DNA from: Sinomicrobium sp. | GTDB lineage: Bacteria > Bacteroidota > Bacteroidia > Flavobacteriales > Flavobacteriaceae | Direction: 5' to 3' | Assembly (NCBI GenBank): GCA_029266035.1 | Contig: JAJUFH010000009.1 | Coordinates: 20,777 to 84,776, forward strand | DNA length: 64,000 bases | Shown here: positions 63,607 to 64,000 of the stretch, piece after piece | How the letters are laid out: each line of letters starts with the position of its first letter | How positions within the stretch are numbered: position 1 is the stretch's first letter | Translations under genes and position numbers: made by a program | Notes under the pieces: generated by a model | What the model saw: only the letters and a program-made list of their open reading frames with translations | What the model was told of the DNA's origin: nothing | The model's database searches: none

Positions 63607-64000
63607 ATGGAGAGAATTGACTGGATCATATTGTATGCCACCCTTATTTTTATCGTTGTTTACGGCACTTGGAAAACGAAAAAAAGTGCTTCTGTAAAAG
63701 ATTATATACTAGGCAACAAAGAGTCTAAATGGTGGACCATAGGTTTGTCGGTCATGGCTACCCAAGCTAGTGCCATAACCTTTCTGTCTACACCCGGACA
63801 GGCTTTTCACGACGGAATGGGGTTTGTACAATTCTACTTTGGGCTCCCCCTCGCCATTATAGTGATTTGCATGGTATTTATCCCGGTATATCACAAGTTA
63901 AAAGTATATACAGCCTACGAATTTCTGGAACAGCGTTTTGACCTTAAAACCCGTACACTTACGGCTATATTGTTCCTCATACAACGCGGATTGGCAGCGG
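63607..64000 (+). CDS. sodium:solute symporter family protein (N-terminal fragment, continues beyond the window)
   Basis: My own translation is MERIDWIILYATLIFIVVYGTWKTKKSASVKDYILGNKESKWWTIGLSVMATQASAITFLSTPGQAF...YTAYEFLEQRF. This is the SSF family N-terminal pattern. Confidence 0.8.
   Translation, partial: MERIDWIILYATLIFIVVYGTWKTKKSASVKDYILGNKESKWWTIGLSVMATQASAITFLSTPGQAFHDGMGFVQFYFGLPLAIIVICMVFIPVYHKLKVYTAYEFLEQRFDLKTRTLTAILFLIQRGLAA

Noticed and set aside
1-64000. A scan for mobile elements, a prophage, a genomic island, tRNA/rRNA genes or known defence systems
   Set aside because: I recognised no transposase, integrase, recombinase, phage structural, restriction-modification, toxin-antitoxin or cas-like proteins, and no tRNA-like sequence in any intergenic gap over 150 nt. 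The accessory character of the window comes from the PUL and transporter loci, not from mobile DNA.

Overview
This 64 kb chromosomal segment appears to come from a Bacteroidota genome, probably a marine Flavobacteriaceae. The evidence is SusC/SusD pairs, a hybrid two-component (HTCS) regulator, lipoprotein signal peptides, a TAnnTTTG-type promoter box and no Shine-Dalgarno dependence. About 50 protein genes are supported. I saw no rRNA, tRNA, CRISPR array, transposase, integrase or recognisable defence system.

Layout:
- 1-14.4 kb, housekeeping: hutH (partial), nnr, a thrA-thrB-(P-loop ATPase)-thrC operon preceded by an Ile/Thr-rich mini-ORF, a YdiJ-like FAD/Fe-S dehydrogenase, a small OM beta-barrel protein, a secreted formylglycine-generating enzyme and ung.
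- 14.5-47.2 kb, a large carbohydrate-utilisation region. A 16-gene co-directional minus-strand array runs lipoprotein, SusC, SusD, two heparinase II/III-fold proteins, an M14-like protein, IPT-GH43, sulfatase, KduI, KduD, KdgK, Eda, TRAP DctPQM and DUF4861. A divergent plus-strand arm carries an iduronate-sulfatase-like sulfatase, GH88, a SASA-type O-acetylesterase and the HTCS.
- 47.2-64 kb: acnA, a 2-hydroxyacid dehydrogenase, a GIDE-like/LemA/membrane-protein triad, a TonB-dependent receptor operon with His-rich DUF4625-like lipoproteins, then DUF2520, kdsC, maf, a small MscS-like channel, a large PIG-L deacetylase and a partial Na+/solute symporter.

Most interesting candidates:
- the orphan sulfated-uronan PUL with atypical accessory genes;
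- the TonB-receptor/His-rich-lipoprotein cluster, a putative metal acquisition system;
- the GIDE-LemA membrane module;
- the candidate thr leader peptide;
- the P-loop ATPase wedged into the thr operon.

All family assignments come from motif recognition by eye. No database search was run.
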